The notes: generated by a model from the sequence alone, not told the origin. Positions 8,972 to 19,856 are shown, numbered from the stretch's first letter. The stretch is DNA of 64,000 nt from Candidatus Bathyarchaeota archaeon (GCA_963707955.1 OY970176.1:224001-288000); one strand, 5' to 3'. A program made the numbers and translations.

Positions 8972-9576
8972 AGGAGTTCAACGTCGTTCTGGCCGGCGTT
9001 GGCGGGCAAGGCACGCTCTTGGCGGCTGAGGCCATAGGCGTGGCCGCCGTTAAGGATGAACTGAACGTCAGGGTGAGCGAGATCCATGGTATGGCCCAAC
9101 GGGGCGGAGCAGTCGTTTCAACAGTGAGAATAGGCGAAGACGCTCTGTCTTCAACAGTGTTGGATGGACAAGCAGACGTGCTTTTGGGATTTGAGCCCTT
9201 TGAAACGCTTCGGAACCTGAAGTACGCTTCGGAAAAGACGTTGGTCATGATGAGCACGGAAAGGATTCCGCCAACGGAATTAGCCGCGAAGAACGTGAAA
9301 TATCCAAGCATAGAAAAACTCGTTGAGAAGGTTCAAATCTTCACTTGCCACGTACTTCTCGTTGATGCGCCACGGTTAGCTAAGAAAGCTGGAAGCAGTC
9401 TTGCACAGAATGTTGTGCTGCTCGGGGCTTTGGCCGGCACTGGGGTGTTGCCTGTGAAGACTGAAAGCCTGAAGGAAGCCGTCCGGGAGCTTGTTCCAGC
9501 AAAACACTTGGAGATGAACCTCAGAGCCTTCGAGCTGGGCCTGGAAAGCGTGACGGTGGAAAAGAAGAAGACTTAG
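8968..9576 (+). CDS. iorB: Indolepyruvate:ferredoxin oxidoreductase beta subunit
   Basis: GVGGQG, EIHGMAQRGGAV; ATGA overlap with iorA. Confidence 0.93.
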   Translation: MKEFNVVLAGVGGQGTLLAAEAIGVAAVKDELNVRVSEIHGMAQRGGAVVSTVRIGEDALSSTVLDGQADVLLGFEPFETLRNLKYASEKTLVMMSTERIPPTELAAKNVKYPSIEKLVEKVQIFTCHVLLVDAPRLAKKAGSSLAQNVVLLGALAGTGVLPVKTESLKEAVRELVPAKHLEMNLRAFELGLESVTVEKKKT

Positions 9577-9938
9577 GTGTCTTCAGGTTTCGAAGATGCT
9601 GTGCTTGTCTTCTCGTTTTCCAGTATGGCTTTTAGCATGCTCTGATATAGCTTCATGTCGGAAACGTCGACCACCGGGATCTGGAAGCTCTTGTCTATCT
9701 CGTAGAGTTTTTCATACTTCGGAAACTTCACGTAGCAGACCTGGCTTACAGGAAACTCTTTCTTCTTCAACTCCTGCTCGAAGGATTTCTCGTAGACTTC
9801 TAAGCATAGAAGATAGCCGTCTATCCAGTACAGCCTGTTCGCACCGTAGGTTGCTGCGCACCACGCGATGTTCTCTCTCGACCGGTTATCCAAGCCTAGA
9901 AGGCAAATCTTCTTCGTCGGACTGATTTCAACATCCAT
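9573..9938 (-). CDS. Hypothetical protein
   Basis: 121-aa ORF directly downstream of the XPF gene, same strand. Confidence 0.7.
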   Translation of the reverse strand: MDVEISPTKKICLLGLDNRSRENIAWCAATYGANRLYWIDGYLLCLEVYEKSFEQELKKKEFPVSQVCYVKFPKYEKLYEIDKSFQIPVVDVSDMKLYQSMLKAILENEKTSTASSKPEDT

Positions 9939-9944
9939 GTCTGT

Positions 9945-10655
9945 TCACTCCCTGAACTGCGTATTCAACACTTCTTTAACCTTGCTGCTTATCTTCGGGC
10001 CAAGTCCGTGCACAGTTTCGGACCAGTCGTCAACGTTTATCACAGCGTTCAAAGGAGTCTGATAGCACTTGAGTATTGCCAGGGCTTTCTCTCTGCCAAC
10101 GTTGGGCAGGCTGGCCAAAAAGTAGACCTGAGCGTCTGCCGTTGTGTCAACTCTTTTGAAGGGGTGAACCGTCGGTGCCCGTTTCTCAATTATCTGCTCT
10201 TGCCGTGCGGCCACATAGAGGAAGTCAACAGTCTCCTTGTAAGACGTCGTGTTTATTATGGCCACACCGTTTCTGGCCAAGTTGAACATCGCACCCCAAA
10301 CTGACGCGGGCTGGATCCTGCTGTACTTATAGATTATAGGCAGGTAGCCCTCTAGCAATATGATGCTTTTCGGATAGACCTCCTTAAGCCTGAACAGCTG
10401 CTCGAAAAGAAAACGCCGCGTGAGAGTGTAAACAAAATCTTGAACAGTCTTCCTCTCAACGGCACACACGTCAGACAAAACATAGTCACCCTTCTCCAAA
10501 ACCTCAGTCTTCACCGTCACACCGCGCTCTCTAAGCCCCTTAACAATCTTCGACGCAGTGCTTGCCTCGCGACTATCCACAATAATCGTCGGCTGCTCCT
10601 GCTCTGCCCGTTTCTTCTCTCGCAAATAAGGAAGCAAGCTTTCAGTTCCGGACAT
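9945..10655 (-). CDS. xpf: Short XPF/ERCC4 structure-specific endonuclease
   Basis: IIVDSRE, GDY, VERKTVQDF nuclease motif, C-terminal HhH pair; no helicase domain. Confidence 0.88.
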   Translation of the reverse strand: MSGTESLLPYLREKKRAEQEQPTIIVDSREASTASKIVKGLRERGVTVKTEVLEKGDYVLSDVCAVERKTVQDFVYTLTRRFLFEQLFRLKEVYPKSIILLEGYLPIIYKYSRIQPASVWGAMFNLARNGVAIINTTSYKETVDFLYVAARQEQIIEKRAPTVHPFKRVDTTADAQVYFLASLPNVGREKALAILKCYQTPLNAVINVDDWSETVHGLGPKISSKVKEVLNTQFRE

Positions 10656-10809
10656 GCGTTCAACCAACAGAAAATACCTCAACTCACACCGTCTTATTTG
10701 GGTTTGCTGTCCTTAGAAGAAAGAGACAGGCACGTTAGCAACGTCCGAGCGGAACAGATGAAATCAGAAGACGGCGTGAAGCAAAAGTAAATTGCGTTGA
10801 AAAAAGACA

Positions 10810-10975
10810 ACCCTTGCCTGGGCTCCACCCAAAGCGCTACGCACAAAGTCGTCTTCATGCCCGCGAGAAGTCAGTAGGGCCTTGCCCAACGCCTGCGTGC
10901 AGTACTAGTACCCTAGGGGGGGAGGGTGGAATAGACGGGGCCAAAACGCGAATACAGGGATGTAGCGTATTCCAC
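10810..10975. repeat. Dispersed ~170-bp non-coding repeat, copy 1 (inverted relative to copy 2 at 21576-21746)
   Basis: Reverse complement gtggaatacgctacatccctgtattcgcgttttggccccgtctattccaccctcc..ccctagggtactagtactgcacgcaggcgtt closely matches 21576 onward. Confidence 0.9.
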
Positions 10976-11011
10976 AAGCGCTGAGCGCAGAGAAAAAATG
11001 GGACTTCGCGT

Positions 11012-12103
11012 TTAGAAAGTTGTGAAGCCACTGACCGTTTTCTTGTCGAACCTTTTGACCAGTTCCAGCGTCAGCTTTGTGGCGTTTTCCACGTCTTCAA
11101 AGCTCAGGATGCCGACGTGAGAGTGGATGTGGCGGGTTGGCACGCCTATAACTATGCTCGGGCATCCCGCTCTGCTCATGTGAATCCTGCCTGCGTCCGA
11201 TCCTCCTCCTGCGACCAACGAGAGCTGGTAAGGAATCTTCAGCTTCTTCGCAGTGTCTATAACGAACTGCTTCAACGCCTGGTTCGGAATCATAGAACTG
11301 TCAAACGTTAGTACCGAAGGGCCCTTGCCCATTCTAGCCGGTGCCTCCTGAGGCTGAACTCCTGGAACGTCACCTGCGATGTCAACTTCCAGCACGACAG
11401 CTACGTCTGGGTCAACGATGTGAGAAACCGTCGCTGCACCCCTCGCTCCGACTTCTTCCTGCGCCGTGGCCGCGCCGTAAACCGTGTTCGGATGCTTGAC
11501 CTTCTCCTCTGAAAGATTGCGCACAACTTCCATGGCGATGAACGCGCCTATCCTGTCGTCAAAAGCCTTTCCCATCCCAAGCTTGCCGCCGCGTATAGTC
11601 GAGAAACCCGAATAAGGCACAACTGGGTCGCCTATCTTGACGCCCACAGCCTCAGCTTCCTTCTTGCTCGTCGCACCGACGTCAATGTACATCATCTTCT
11701 TCTCAACCACCTTCTTCTGCTCCTCAGGCGGCAGCAGATGCGGCGGTTTCGCTGCGATCACGCCGTGCAGGTCTCCCTTCTCGGTTCTCACTACCACGCG
11801 CTGAGACAGTAGAACTTGGTCCCACCATCCGCCCAACGGGTTGAACGTCAGGAAGCCAGTTTTATCATCTATGCCCGAAACGACGAACCCAACCTCATCA
11901 ATGTGCCCGCAAAGCAGAACACGAGGCTGCTCCGCTGTTCCTCTTTGAGTGAAGATAACCGAACCAAGCTTATCCGTGGTCACCTCGTCAGCATACGCTT
12001 TGACAGCCTTCTTCACGATCGCCGCCGTCTCAACCTCAAACCCAGCCGGTCCGAAGGACTCAAGCATTTCTTTCAAAAGATCCAGAGACCTCTTGTCTAT
12101 CAT
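11012..12103 (-). CDS. M42 family (TET) aminopeptidase
   Basis: GHIDEVG, KAFDDRIG, QEEVGARGA, GGGSDAG, RHIHS. Confidence 0.93.
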   Translation of the reverse strand: MIDKRSLDLLKEMLESFGPAGFEVETAAIVKKAVKAYADEVTTDKLGSVIFTQRGTAEQPRVLLCGHIDEVGFVVSGIDDKTGFLTFNPLGGWWDQVLLSQRVVVRTEKGDLHGVIAAKPPHLLPPEEQKKVVEKKMMYIDVGATSKKEAEAVGVKIGDPVVPYSGFSTIRGGKLGMGKAFDDRIGAFIAMEVVRNLSEEKVKHPNTVYGAATAQEEVGARGAATVSHIVDPDVAVVLEVDIAGDVPGVQPQEAPARMGKGPSVLTFDSSMIPNQALKQFVIDTAKKLKIPYQLSLVAGGGSDAGRIHMSRAGCPSIVIGVPTRHIHSHVGILSFEDVENATKLTLELVKRFDKKTVSGFTTF

Positions 12104-12325
12104 GTTTCATTTCGCACCTTAACATTGAATTGTGGTCTCTCTATATAGCTCTATATTTATGTGCGTTGTGTCCACACATCCTGAGCTTGCATCAGTCAAA
12201 GATTGCGCCGCCTCGCCTGTGCTGAAAAAAGGGGTTACTCTCACAGACTTTTTCACTAATTCCCTGCAAAACTCAGTTATATATAGAACGTCCAGAGTTC
12301 TGCAAACAATCAGGGGCTGGCGTCT

Positions 12326-12889
12326 TTGAACCACCGCAGGTTCTATGGTGATGAAACGGAAAGGCGAAAGTGGCAGAATCCTGAAGCCATCCTGACTGCC
12401 ATCGGTTTGAAACCCGGTTTCACTTTCATCGATGTTGGGTGTGGAGAGGGCTTTTTCGCTATTCCAGCCGCGAAAATCGTCGGCAAGAAAGGCAGAGTGT
12501 ACGCTTTAGACCTCGACGAGGATGCGATCACAGAGTTGAAGAAAAAAGCCGCAAGAGAAGGCTTGAAAAACCTCAATGCAGTGGTCGGCGGGGCTGAAGA
12601 CACGGTCTTCTGTGAAGCCTGCGCAGACATTGTTTTCTTCGGCATCGTCCTCCACGACTTCAGCATGCCAGCTAAGGTCTTGGCAAATGCTAAGACTATG
12701 CTCAAACCTGCAGGACGACTTGTTGATCTAGACTGGAAAAAAGAACTCACGGACTTCGGTCCACCGTTACAAAAACGTTTCAGTGAGGAACAGGCCTCCA
12801 ACCTGATCAGAGAGGCAGGCTTCAAAGTGGAACAGGCAAAGCAAGCTGGACCCTCCCACTATATCATCATCGCAACCCATCGAGCTTAA
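12326..12889 (+). CDS. Class I SAM-dependent methyltransferase
   Basis: DVGCGEG motif I, VYALD, LKPAGRL. Confidence 0.88.
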   Translation: MNHRRFYGDETERRKWQNPEAILTAIGLKPGFTFIDVGCGEGFFAIPAAKIVGKKGRVYALDLDEDAITELKKKAAREGLKNLNAVVGGAEDTVFCEACADIVFFGIVLHDFSMPAKVLANAKTMLKPAGRLVDLDWKKELTDFGPPLQKRFSEEQASNLIREAGFKVEQAKQAGPSHYIIIATHRA

Positions 12890-13058
12890 GACGGTCCAGA
12901 AAAAAGCGTCCACGCCAAAGCCTCAACTGACCTGTGAACCTTGATTTGAACGGTGTTTCGCTCAGTTTTCTCTTCAGCCTCAAATAAGTTGACGAATAGG
13001 ATGCGAAAAGATGACTCAAACGCGGTTTGGACTATGCTACAAAAAAGATGGGAGAAAA

Positions 13059-14363
13059 TTATGGCCCTTTCTTCGTGATCTCCTTGACGATGCCTGCGGC
13101 CACTGTGGTGCCCATGTCTCTGACTGCGAAGCGTCCCAGCTCTTCGAAATCGGCGAAGGTTTCTATGGAAATGGGGTGAAGCGGCTCCATCTTGACTATT
13201 GCAGCGTCTCCGGTTTTTAGGAAGGCAGGTTTTTCCTCGACAACTTGTCCGGTTCGTGGGTCGATCTTTCTTATGAGCTCTGTGAGCTTGCACGCAACCT
13301 GCCCTGTGTGATAGTGCAGCACTGGTGTGTAGCCTGCTGCGACGGCTGTCGGGTGATAGATCACAATTATTTGTCCGATGAACTCTTTGGCCACCGTCGG
13401 CGGGTTTGCGACGTGTCCACACACATCTCCGCGGTGGATGTCCGTTTTAGCTACGCCTCTGATGTTGAAGCCTATGTTGTCGCCTGGTTCAGCTTTCGGA
13501 ATCCTTTCGTGGTGCATTTCCAGAGATTTAACGTCGCCCTGTTTGTTGCTTGGCATGAAGATGACAACATCGTTTTCTTTGATCACGCCTGTTTCGACTC
13601 TGCCGACGGGAACAGTGCCCACACCTGTTATGCTGTACACGTCTTGAATTGGAACTCTCAACGGCTTGTTCGTGGGTTTAGAAGGCACTTCAAACATGTC
13701 CAACGCTTCAATGAGTGTTGGTCCTGTGTACCATGGCATGTGTTCGCTTTTCTTCACCAGGTTCTCTCCTGTCCAGCCTGATGTCGGGACGAACGGAATC
13801 TTGTCAACCTTGAAACCCACCATTTTGAGCATTCTGCCTACTTCGTTCTTGATCTCGTTGTATCGGTCTTGGCTGTAGTTAACTGAAACGTCGTCCATCT
13901 TGTTGACGGCAACGATCAGTTGGCGAACACCCAGAGTGAAGGCCAAGAACGCGTGTTCCCTGGTCTGGCCGCCTGGTCCTATACCAGCCTCGAATTCTCC
14001 TCTTCTGGAAGAGCAGAACAGTATAGCTCCGTCAGCTTGGCTTGCGCCAGTAATCATGTTTTTGACGAAGTCTCTGTGACCCGGCGCATCTATGACGGTG
14101 AAGTAATACCTCTTCGTCTCAAACTTCAGAAACCTAAGGTCTATCGTCAAGCCTCTTTCTCGTTCCTCTTTAAGGTTGTCCAGCACCCATGCAAACTTGA
14201 AGCTCTCTTTTCCTGCTAACTTGGCTTCCTCTTCGAACTGCTTTATTGTTCGCTCATCAACTGCTCCTGCGAGATAGAGCAGGTGTCCTGTTGTGGTTGA
14301 TTTTCCGTGGTCCACGTGTCCCATGATCACGAGGTTCATGTGCGGCTTCCCAACTTTGCTCAT
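13059..14363 (-). CDS. tuf: Translation elongation factor EF-1 alpha
   Basis: [39 protein letters not shown]. Confidence 0.98.
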   Translation of the reverse strand: MSKVGKPHMNLVIMGHVDHGKSTTTGHLLYLAGAVDERTIKQFEEEAKLAGKESFKFAWVLDNLKEERERGLTIDLRFLKFETKRYYFTVIDAPGHRDFVKNMITGASQADGAILFCSSRRGEFEAGIGPGGQTREHAFLAFTLGVRQLIVAVNKMDDVSVNYSQDRYNEIKNEVGRMLKMVGFKVDKIPFVPTSGWTGENLVKKSEHMPWYTGPTLIEALDMFEVPSKPTNKPLRVPIQDVYSITGVGTVPVGRVETGVIKENDVVIFMPSNKQGDVKSLEMHHERIPKAEPGDNIGFNIRGVAKTDIHRGDVCGHVANPPTVAKEFIGQIIVIYHPTAVAAGYTPVLHYHTGQVACKLTELIRKIDPRTGQVVEEKPAFLKTGDAAIVKMEPLHPISIETFADFEELGRFAVRDMGTTVAAGIVKEITKKGP

Positions 14364-14476
14364 TTCTTCTCCTCCTGTTTTCTGAAATCTCCATCAAATT
14401 TTGGTGAATTCGTTTACACAACTGTTCATTCAGTTATTTTAAGTTTATCATATTCGGCTGAATGTTCGTTTGGCGT

Positions 14477-14700
14477 TTAGGAACCATATACGGAAAATCT
14501 TTTCGGTCTTCGGTAATAGCTGACATACGTTTCTCCTATTTTGCGCTCGTCGTATTTCTGAAAGCCAGCTACCCCCAACTTCCTGATTTCTTCTTCGGTT
14601 GTGGCCGTGGCAACTTCAAACTTGTCGTCCTTGATATTGATCATGCTGACGTATTTCATTGTTTTTTCAATTCACTTGTGTCCGAGTAGCCTTGCACTAT
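14477..14700 (-). pseudogene. Tyrosine recombinase C-terminal relic
   Basis: ARLLGHK*IEKTMKY followed by ..EEEIRKLGVAGFQKYDERKIGETYVSYYRRPK, homologous to the tail of the integrase at 60692-62131. Confidence 0.8.
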
Positions 14701-14755
14701 GCAAAGATTCCGAAAATGCCTAGACCATTTTGCGAAAAATGTTGGTGCCAAGGAC

Positions 14756-15310
14756 TTAGCCTCGTAATTTTGGAGGCTTTTTGTATATCTCCTCTCGCCA
14801 TTTTCGTTCCCAGCTAGCCCATCCTGTCTTCACAAGGCTTTCTCTTAGATTGGGTCTTTCAGCAACCCACTCCAGTAACGTCCAGAAGCGTGTCTTATCT
14901 CTAAGTATTTCTTCTGGGACTCCTTCTTCAACACACCATCTTACGTAGCCTCTATCAACCATATCCTTCAGCTCGCCTGTGTTTTCTACCGTTTGAACGT
15001 TGAACCCTCTGTTTTGCAGGTGTTTCCGAACGCTGGACAGAACATATTCTGAACACACTTTGAAACAAGTTCCGACTTCAGGCTGCATGACCTGGATTAT
15101 CTCGTCGGCAATTTTCACAGCGTCATCCAAGTATTTCTTGTTCTGGAATTCTGGCGGCTGAAAGGACGAGACTGGGATTCTGCGTTCCATGAGCATTGGG
15201 TTTGGAGGGCAAAGCGCCCCCACTACCACACCCAATAACAGGTCGCCCCATCCTACGGCGTCCACTAGAATCTCCTTCCCAGAAAAATAACAGTCCAACG
15301 CCAAAGACAA
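14756..15310 (-). CDS. Hypothetical protein with an N-terminal motif loosely like RNase HII
   Basis: ILVDAVGWGDLLLGVVVGA resembles the RNase HII first strand (DEAGRG..GP.VV) but lacks the Glu. Confidence 0.55.
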   Translation of the reverse strand: MSLALDCYFSGKEILVDAVGWGDLLLGVVVGALCPPNPMLMERRIPVSSFQPPEFQNKKYLDDAVKIADEIIQVMQPEVGTCFKVCSEYVLSSVRKHLQNRGFNVQTVENTGELKDMVDRGYVRWCVEEGVPEEILRDKTRFWTLLEWVAERPNLRESLVKTGWASWERKWREEIYKKPPKLRG

Positions 15311-15399
15311 TCACCGAGGATTCAAACACGCTATATTTGGTGTATTTGTTTTTCTATTTTTTGTCTCAAATCGACCGATTCTGCACATCGCAGACTGAA

Positions 15400-16044
15400 T
15401 TACCATTCGTCCCGCTTGCTAATCACATCTTTCTTCATTGTGTCTTCAATTTCTCGGTAGATGTCTTTTTCACTGTCTGAGACAACAGCTATGCCCTCAC
15501 CTTCAATCCTCTTGACTATTGGGACTTTTTTCAGTCTGGATTCTCGTTTCTGTGGGAGATATTCGATCGTTGCCTCTTTCAAGGTGTAAGCACATATCTG
15601 TCCAGAAGACGACAGTTCGTACATTTCAACTTTGACCGCGTGAGGTCCTGGTTCCATTCCATTCAGGTCGAGTGTTGCCTTCAACGTAAACTCGTCGGTT
15701 GTGCCAAAACTATGCAGGATGTCAAATAGAACGGATTTAGTTCTTTTTTCGTCAAACCATAAGTCCGACTTTATCTTTGAAAAAGCATTCTTATCAGGAG
15801 CCGGCTTGAACTCAACGTCCAGAGTCAACTCATCCTCTTCCATCACTGAGCCAATCTTCGTAATGATGATTTGCTTGTTCTGTTTATCTGGCGTTTCAGC
15901 AAAAGAGGAAGGCAACAACTCTTCTTCTTCAGGCAGTTTTTTCTGAGGCTCCGCGGGCAGATTGTCCAATGTCAGTTGTTTACCTGTCTTGTAGCTTGCA
16001 CGCATTTTTTCTCTTTCATGTTTTGTTTTCTTTCTTCTACCCAT
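15400..16044 (-). CDS. Hypothetical protein (basic N-terminus, beta-rich core)
   Basis: Long ORF; likely start MGRRKK at 16044. Confidence 0.65.
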   Translation of the reverse strand: MGRRKKTKHEREKMRASYKTGKQLTLDNLPAEPQKKLPEEEELLPSSFAETPDKQNKQIIITKIGSVMEEDELTLDVEFKPAPDKNAFSKIKSDLWFDEKRTKSVLFDILHSFGTTDEFTLKATLDLNGMEPGPHAVKVEMYELSSSGQICAYTLKEATIEYLPQKRESRLKKVPIVKRIEGEGIAVVSDSEKDIYREIEDTMKKDVISKRDEW

Positions 16045-16236
16045 AACAACGGGGTTCATATGATACAATAAGGATTCTCGATAAATATATCTGACCAGAA
16101 AAAGAGGGGATTGGGCGGGTAACGTCTCCATGTTCTGAACCTTATAAGTCTATGATAAACAAAAATACTGAAATGCCCCGCATCGGAACGAATATAAAAC
16201 TTGGTTTTTGAGTTATAACCTGGACGAGTTTAGGTT

Positions 16237-17413
16237 ATGCCAGCAAACTTGCCTCCTGACGCTAGAAAGAAATGGGCAGAGGTTGAAGCGACAAAGAAGC
16301 CGAAAGAAAGACTCCAGCGCATGGAAGAGTTTCTGAGTTTGGTGCCGAAGCACAAGGGCACCGCGAAGACCTGCGCACAGGTCAAGAAGCAGATGGCCGC
16401 CCTGCGGAGAGAGTTGGAAGACAAGAAGAGGAAGAAGACCGGAAAAAGCGGACCCAAACTTTTCATAGAAAAAGAAGGTGCCGCCCAAATAGCTTTGATA
16501 AGCCTAACAAAAGCCGGGAAGAGCAAGCTTGCTCTCGGCTGTTACCCACGCCAAGGTTGAAGTCTCAACCAATCCCTACACCACAAGGGAACCAGTGCCG
16601 GGAATAATGGATTATCAAGACATGCAGCTTCAAATCATTGAAGCTCCTGCACTTATTGAAGGAGCAGCGGACGGTCGGGCTTGGGGACCTAAGACTCTGG
16701 GCATCGCCCGGAACGCTGATGGGTTAATGCTTCTGGTCGACTTGTCGCAAGACCCCGTCAAGCAGATGTCTGTTATTTTGGATGAAATGGGCAAGGCCCG
16801 CATATCAACAAGCAAACCGAAGTCGAGGGTTGAGGTTGAAAGAAGGTTCATGGGAGCCGGCTTGCGAATCATACTTATGGGAAAGCTTCTGGACTGCACC
16901 TTCAAAGATGTTGAGGAGTTGCTCAAGAGCTACAACGTTAGAGACGGAGTCGTGAAGATACACGGTGAAGCCATGCTGGGCGAAGTTGAAGACGCGATTT
17001 TTGAAAGCACCGTGTACAAGGCGGCCGTAGTGGTTGCAAACAAAATCGACATCGACGGAGCTGAAGGAAATCTGAAGCTTCTCAAGGCCTACTTGGGGAA
17101 CAGGCTTCCGGTAGTCGCCGTTTCAAGCAAAAAAGGAACAGGTTTAAAGAACCTTGCCGAAACATTGGTTAAGGCATTGGAAATAATGCGAATCTACACA
17201 AAGGAACCTAATGAGAAGGAATACTCCAAGAAACCCTTTGTGCTTAGGAAGAACTCAACGATATATGATTTGGCGAAGAGCATTCACAGCGATTTCAAGG
17301 ATAATTTCAACTTTGCCAAGGTTTGGTCCAGCCGTCTTGTCTTCAGCCCTCAGAGGGTTGGGGCAAACTTCACTCTTGAGGATGGAGACGTCGTCGAGAT
17401 TCATTTAAAATAG
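16237..17413 (+). CDS. DRG/OBG-family GTPase with TGS domain, apparent +1 frameshift near 16525
   Basis: MPANLPP..PKHKGT N-terminus, GKS(S)LL Walker A split across frames, PYTT, ANKID, SIHSDF..LEDGDVVEIH TGS. Confidence 0.85.
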
Positions 17414-17429
17414 AACCGCGAAACCTGCG

Positions 17430-18023
17430 CTATCTTGACGCCTGAGCTATTCTTTCGATTTCGTTGCGCTTTGCAACAGCAAAGCTTTTCATGTCGTTGT
17501 TTCCCGCCATTATCAACTCTTCTGCCAAACACTCCTCTGCTGAACGAGGGTTGTTTATTGAAGCCTGTCTGGCTCCCTCGGTTATGTTTCTCAGTGCGAG
17601 GTCGATTCTTCTCTGCGGAGCAACGTCCACGGAAAGATGGTACACGATGCCACCGTAACTGATCCTTGTCGTGTCCTCACATGGAGCAGAATTCTCCACA
17701 GCTTTTACCAAAACTTCAACAGGGTTTTTGCCAGTGCGAAGGTTAATTATCTCAAAAGCGTTTCTCGCCATGCTTATGACTCTGGCCTTTTTCCCAGAGT
17801 TCTTTCCAGGTCGCATCATATCGTTTATCAGCCTTTCCACGATGCTGACGCTTGCTTTCCGAAAACGCTTGTGCTCATGTCTCCCCATGCTGTGAGGAAT
17901 GACAATTGGTCTGAGTGAAATATATCTCTGCAGCCCGGCGTCTCTGACTTCCACACCCTTGAAGCTCCATTTCGCGAAAAGCTTGATCTCTTTTTCCGGT
18001 TTCTCCGCTTGCTTCTGACTCAA
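17430..18023 (-). CDS. rps7: 30S ribosomal protein uS7
   Basis: KLFAKWS, IVERLIN, NPVEVLVKAVENSAP.ED, VDVAPQRRID. Confidence 0.96.
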   Translation of the reverse strand: MSQKQAEKPEKEIKLFAKWSFKGVEVRDAGLQRYISLRPIVIPHSMGRHEHKRFRKASVSIVERLINDMMRPGKNSGKKARVISMARNAFEIINLRTGKNPVEVLVKAVENSAPCEDTTRISYGGIVYHLSVDVAPQRRIDLALRNITEGARQASINNPRSAEECLAEELIMAGNNDMKSFAVAKRNEIERIAQASR

Positions 18024-18028
18024 AATTT

Positions 18029-18469
18029 TCACCGAGCTGGCTTCTGCTTCCGCCCATAGACAAGTTCGTTGAGAGAAACGCCGTTGACCGTTATGACCTT
18101 CCACCGCACGCCTGGGATGTCGCCCATGCTTCTGCCTCGTGAACCTCCTATGCCTTCGACCAGGACCTCATCGTGCTCGTCAACAACGTTTAGAGCTCCG
18201 TCTCCAGGCAAAAAGGCAGTGATCGCTCGGCCATTCTTGATCAGCTGAGTTCTCACGCATTTCCTTATAGCGCTGTTGGGCTGCTTGCTTTCAACGCCCA
18301 CTTTTTCAAGAACGATGCCACGCCCCATGGGTGCTCCTTCAAGAGGATCAGCTTTAACGTCCAACCTCAGCATTCGACGTTTGTAGTACATGCTGCTCCA
18401 GCGATATTTCTTCCTTTTCTCCACAAGCGCTCTTGCGGCGAATTCGCCTCTTGGGGACTTGGAACCCAT
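18029..18469 (-). CDS. rps12: 30S ribosomal protein uS12
   Basis: [33 protein letters not shown]. Confidence 0.97.
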   Translation of the reverse strand: MGSKSPRGEFAARALVEKRKKYRWSSMYYKRRMLRLDVKADPLEGAPMGRGIVLEKVGVESKQPNSAIRKCVRTQLIKNGRAITAFLPGDGALNVVDEHDEVLVEGIGGSRGRSMGDIPGVRWKVITVNGVSLNELVYGRKQKPAR

Positions 18470-18612
18470 GCGTGGTTTCCTCTGGCTACGTCTAATCATC
18501 AGACTGATATTTAAACTGAGCTACACCATTCAGACCGCGCGTGTCATCTGACAGCGTTTGAAATCAAAGGCTTTAAGGAACCTGATTCCACCAATTGAGC
18601 ACAGAAGGGTGA

Positions 18613-19851
18613 GTGGCTTTGAGATACGTGGACTTTGTTGACTTGAAATACGCTCCTAAAGACACGGATGTCGTCTGCACGTTCATTGTTGAGCCAAACG
18701 GAGTGAGCATGAAAGAAGCGGCTGGAGCCGTTGCTGCTGAGAGTTCTATAGGAACGTGGACAGAACTCACAACCGTTAAGCCTTACGTTGACAAGCTTGC
18801 CGCTCATGTTTTCAGCGTACGGAACAGCGTAGTGAAAATTGCTTATCCAGCGGGGCTTTTCGAACTGGGAAACATGCCTAACATCCTGAGCAGCGTTTCG
18901 GGAAACGTTTTCGGGTTGAGAACCCTGGCGAATTTGAGGCTTGATGACATCAGCTTTCCCGAGAGTCTTGTCGGAAGCTTCAAAGGTCCAAGGTATGGTG
19001 TTGAGGGAATTCGAGAGCTTCTGAAAGTTTACGGTCGTCCGTTGTTGGGTACGATAATCAAGCCTAAGCTGGGTCTGAAAACCAGTGACCACGCCAAAGT
19101 GGCCTACGAAGCTTGGGTCGGTGGGTGCGACATGGTTAAGGATGATGAGAACCTGAGCGGCCAGAGTTTCAACCCTTTTGAAGCCCGTCTCGTGAAAACC
19201 TTAGAGAGCAGAGACAGGGCTGAGGAGGAGACGGGTGAGAGAAAGGTTTACATGGTGAATGTCACGGCTGAAACGGAGGAGATGCTTAGAAGAGCAGAAC
19301 TTGTTCTCAGGCAGGGCGGAGAGTACGTGATGATTGACATTTTGACGTGTGGTTTTGCGGCTTTGCAGACTTTTCGAGAGCAGGGCTTTAACCTTGTGAT
19401 TCACGCGCATAGAGCTGGGCATGCGGCCATTACGAGGAACTCGAAGCATGGTGTTTCGATGCGAGTGTTGGCCAAAGTCGCGAGAATGATAGGGGTGGAT
19501 CAGCTTCACGTTGGCACTGTTGTCGGAAAAATGTCTGAGACGAGGGAAGATGTGGCCGAAAACTGTGAGGCGCTGAAGACGGAGATGAGCGGTTTAAAAC
19601 CTGTGATGCCGGTGGCTTCTGGCGGTCTGCATCCTGGGCTAGTTCCAGCGTTGATGCGGTTCTTTGGAGAAGATTTCGTTATTCAAGCCGGAGGAGGCAT
19701 CCATGGCCACAGGGATGGCACGATATCAGGAGCCAGGGCGATGAGGCAGGCGGTTGAGGCCACGTTGGAAGGCACGTCTCTGAAGGATTTTGCTGAGAAC
19801 CATGCGGAACTGAGAGCGGCCCTTGAAACCTGGGGATGCAGCAGGCAGTAG
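18613..19851 (+). CDS. rbcL: Form III RuBisCO large subunit
   Basis: ESSIGTW, GNVFG, KPKLGL, KDDENL, HAHRAGH, DQLHVGT.VGKM, SGGLHP, QAGGG catalytic motifs all present. Confidence 0.95.
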   Translation: MALRYVDFVDLKYAPKDTDVVCTFIVEPNGVSMKEAAGAVAAESSIGTWTELTTVKPYVDKLAAHVFSVRNSVVKIAYPAGLFELGNMPNILSSVSGNVFGLRTLANLRLDDISFPESLVGSFKGPRYGVEGIRELLKVYGRPLLGTIIKPKLGLKTSDHAKVAYEAWVGGCDMVKDDENLSGQSFNPFEARLVKTLESRDRAEEETGERKVYMVNVTAETEEMLRRAELVLRQGGEYVMIDILTCGFAALQTFREQGFNLVIHAHRAGHAAITRNSKHGVSMRVLAKVARMIGVDQLHVGTVVGKMSETREDVAENCEALKTEMSGLKPVMPVASGGLHPGLVPALMRFFGEDFVIQAGGGIHGHRDGTISGARAMRQAVEATLEGTSLKDFAENHAELRAALETWGCSRQ

Positions 19852-19856
19852 GTTGG

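Noticed and set aside
10810-10975. Repeat as SRP RNA, RNase P RNA or a small ORF
   Set aside because: No SRP or RNase P signature motifs were recognised, it is present in two diverged copies, and the reading frames are not conserved between copies.
14742-14755. tccttggcacca (minus strand) as a tRNA-derived att next to the integrase relic
   Set aside because: Too short, with no T-arm, so it cannot be distinguished from chance.
16500-16560. Programmed ribosomal frameshifting in the DRG GTPase or dph5
   Set aside because: No slippery heptamer or stimulatory structure; the many scattered indels point to assembly error.
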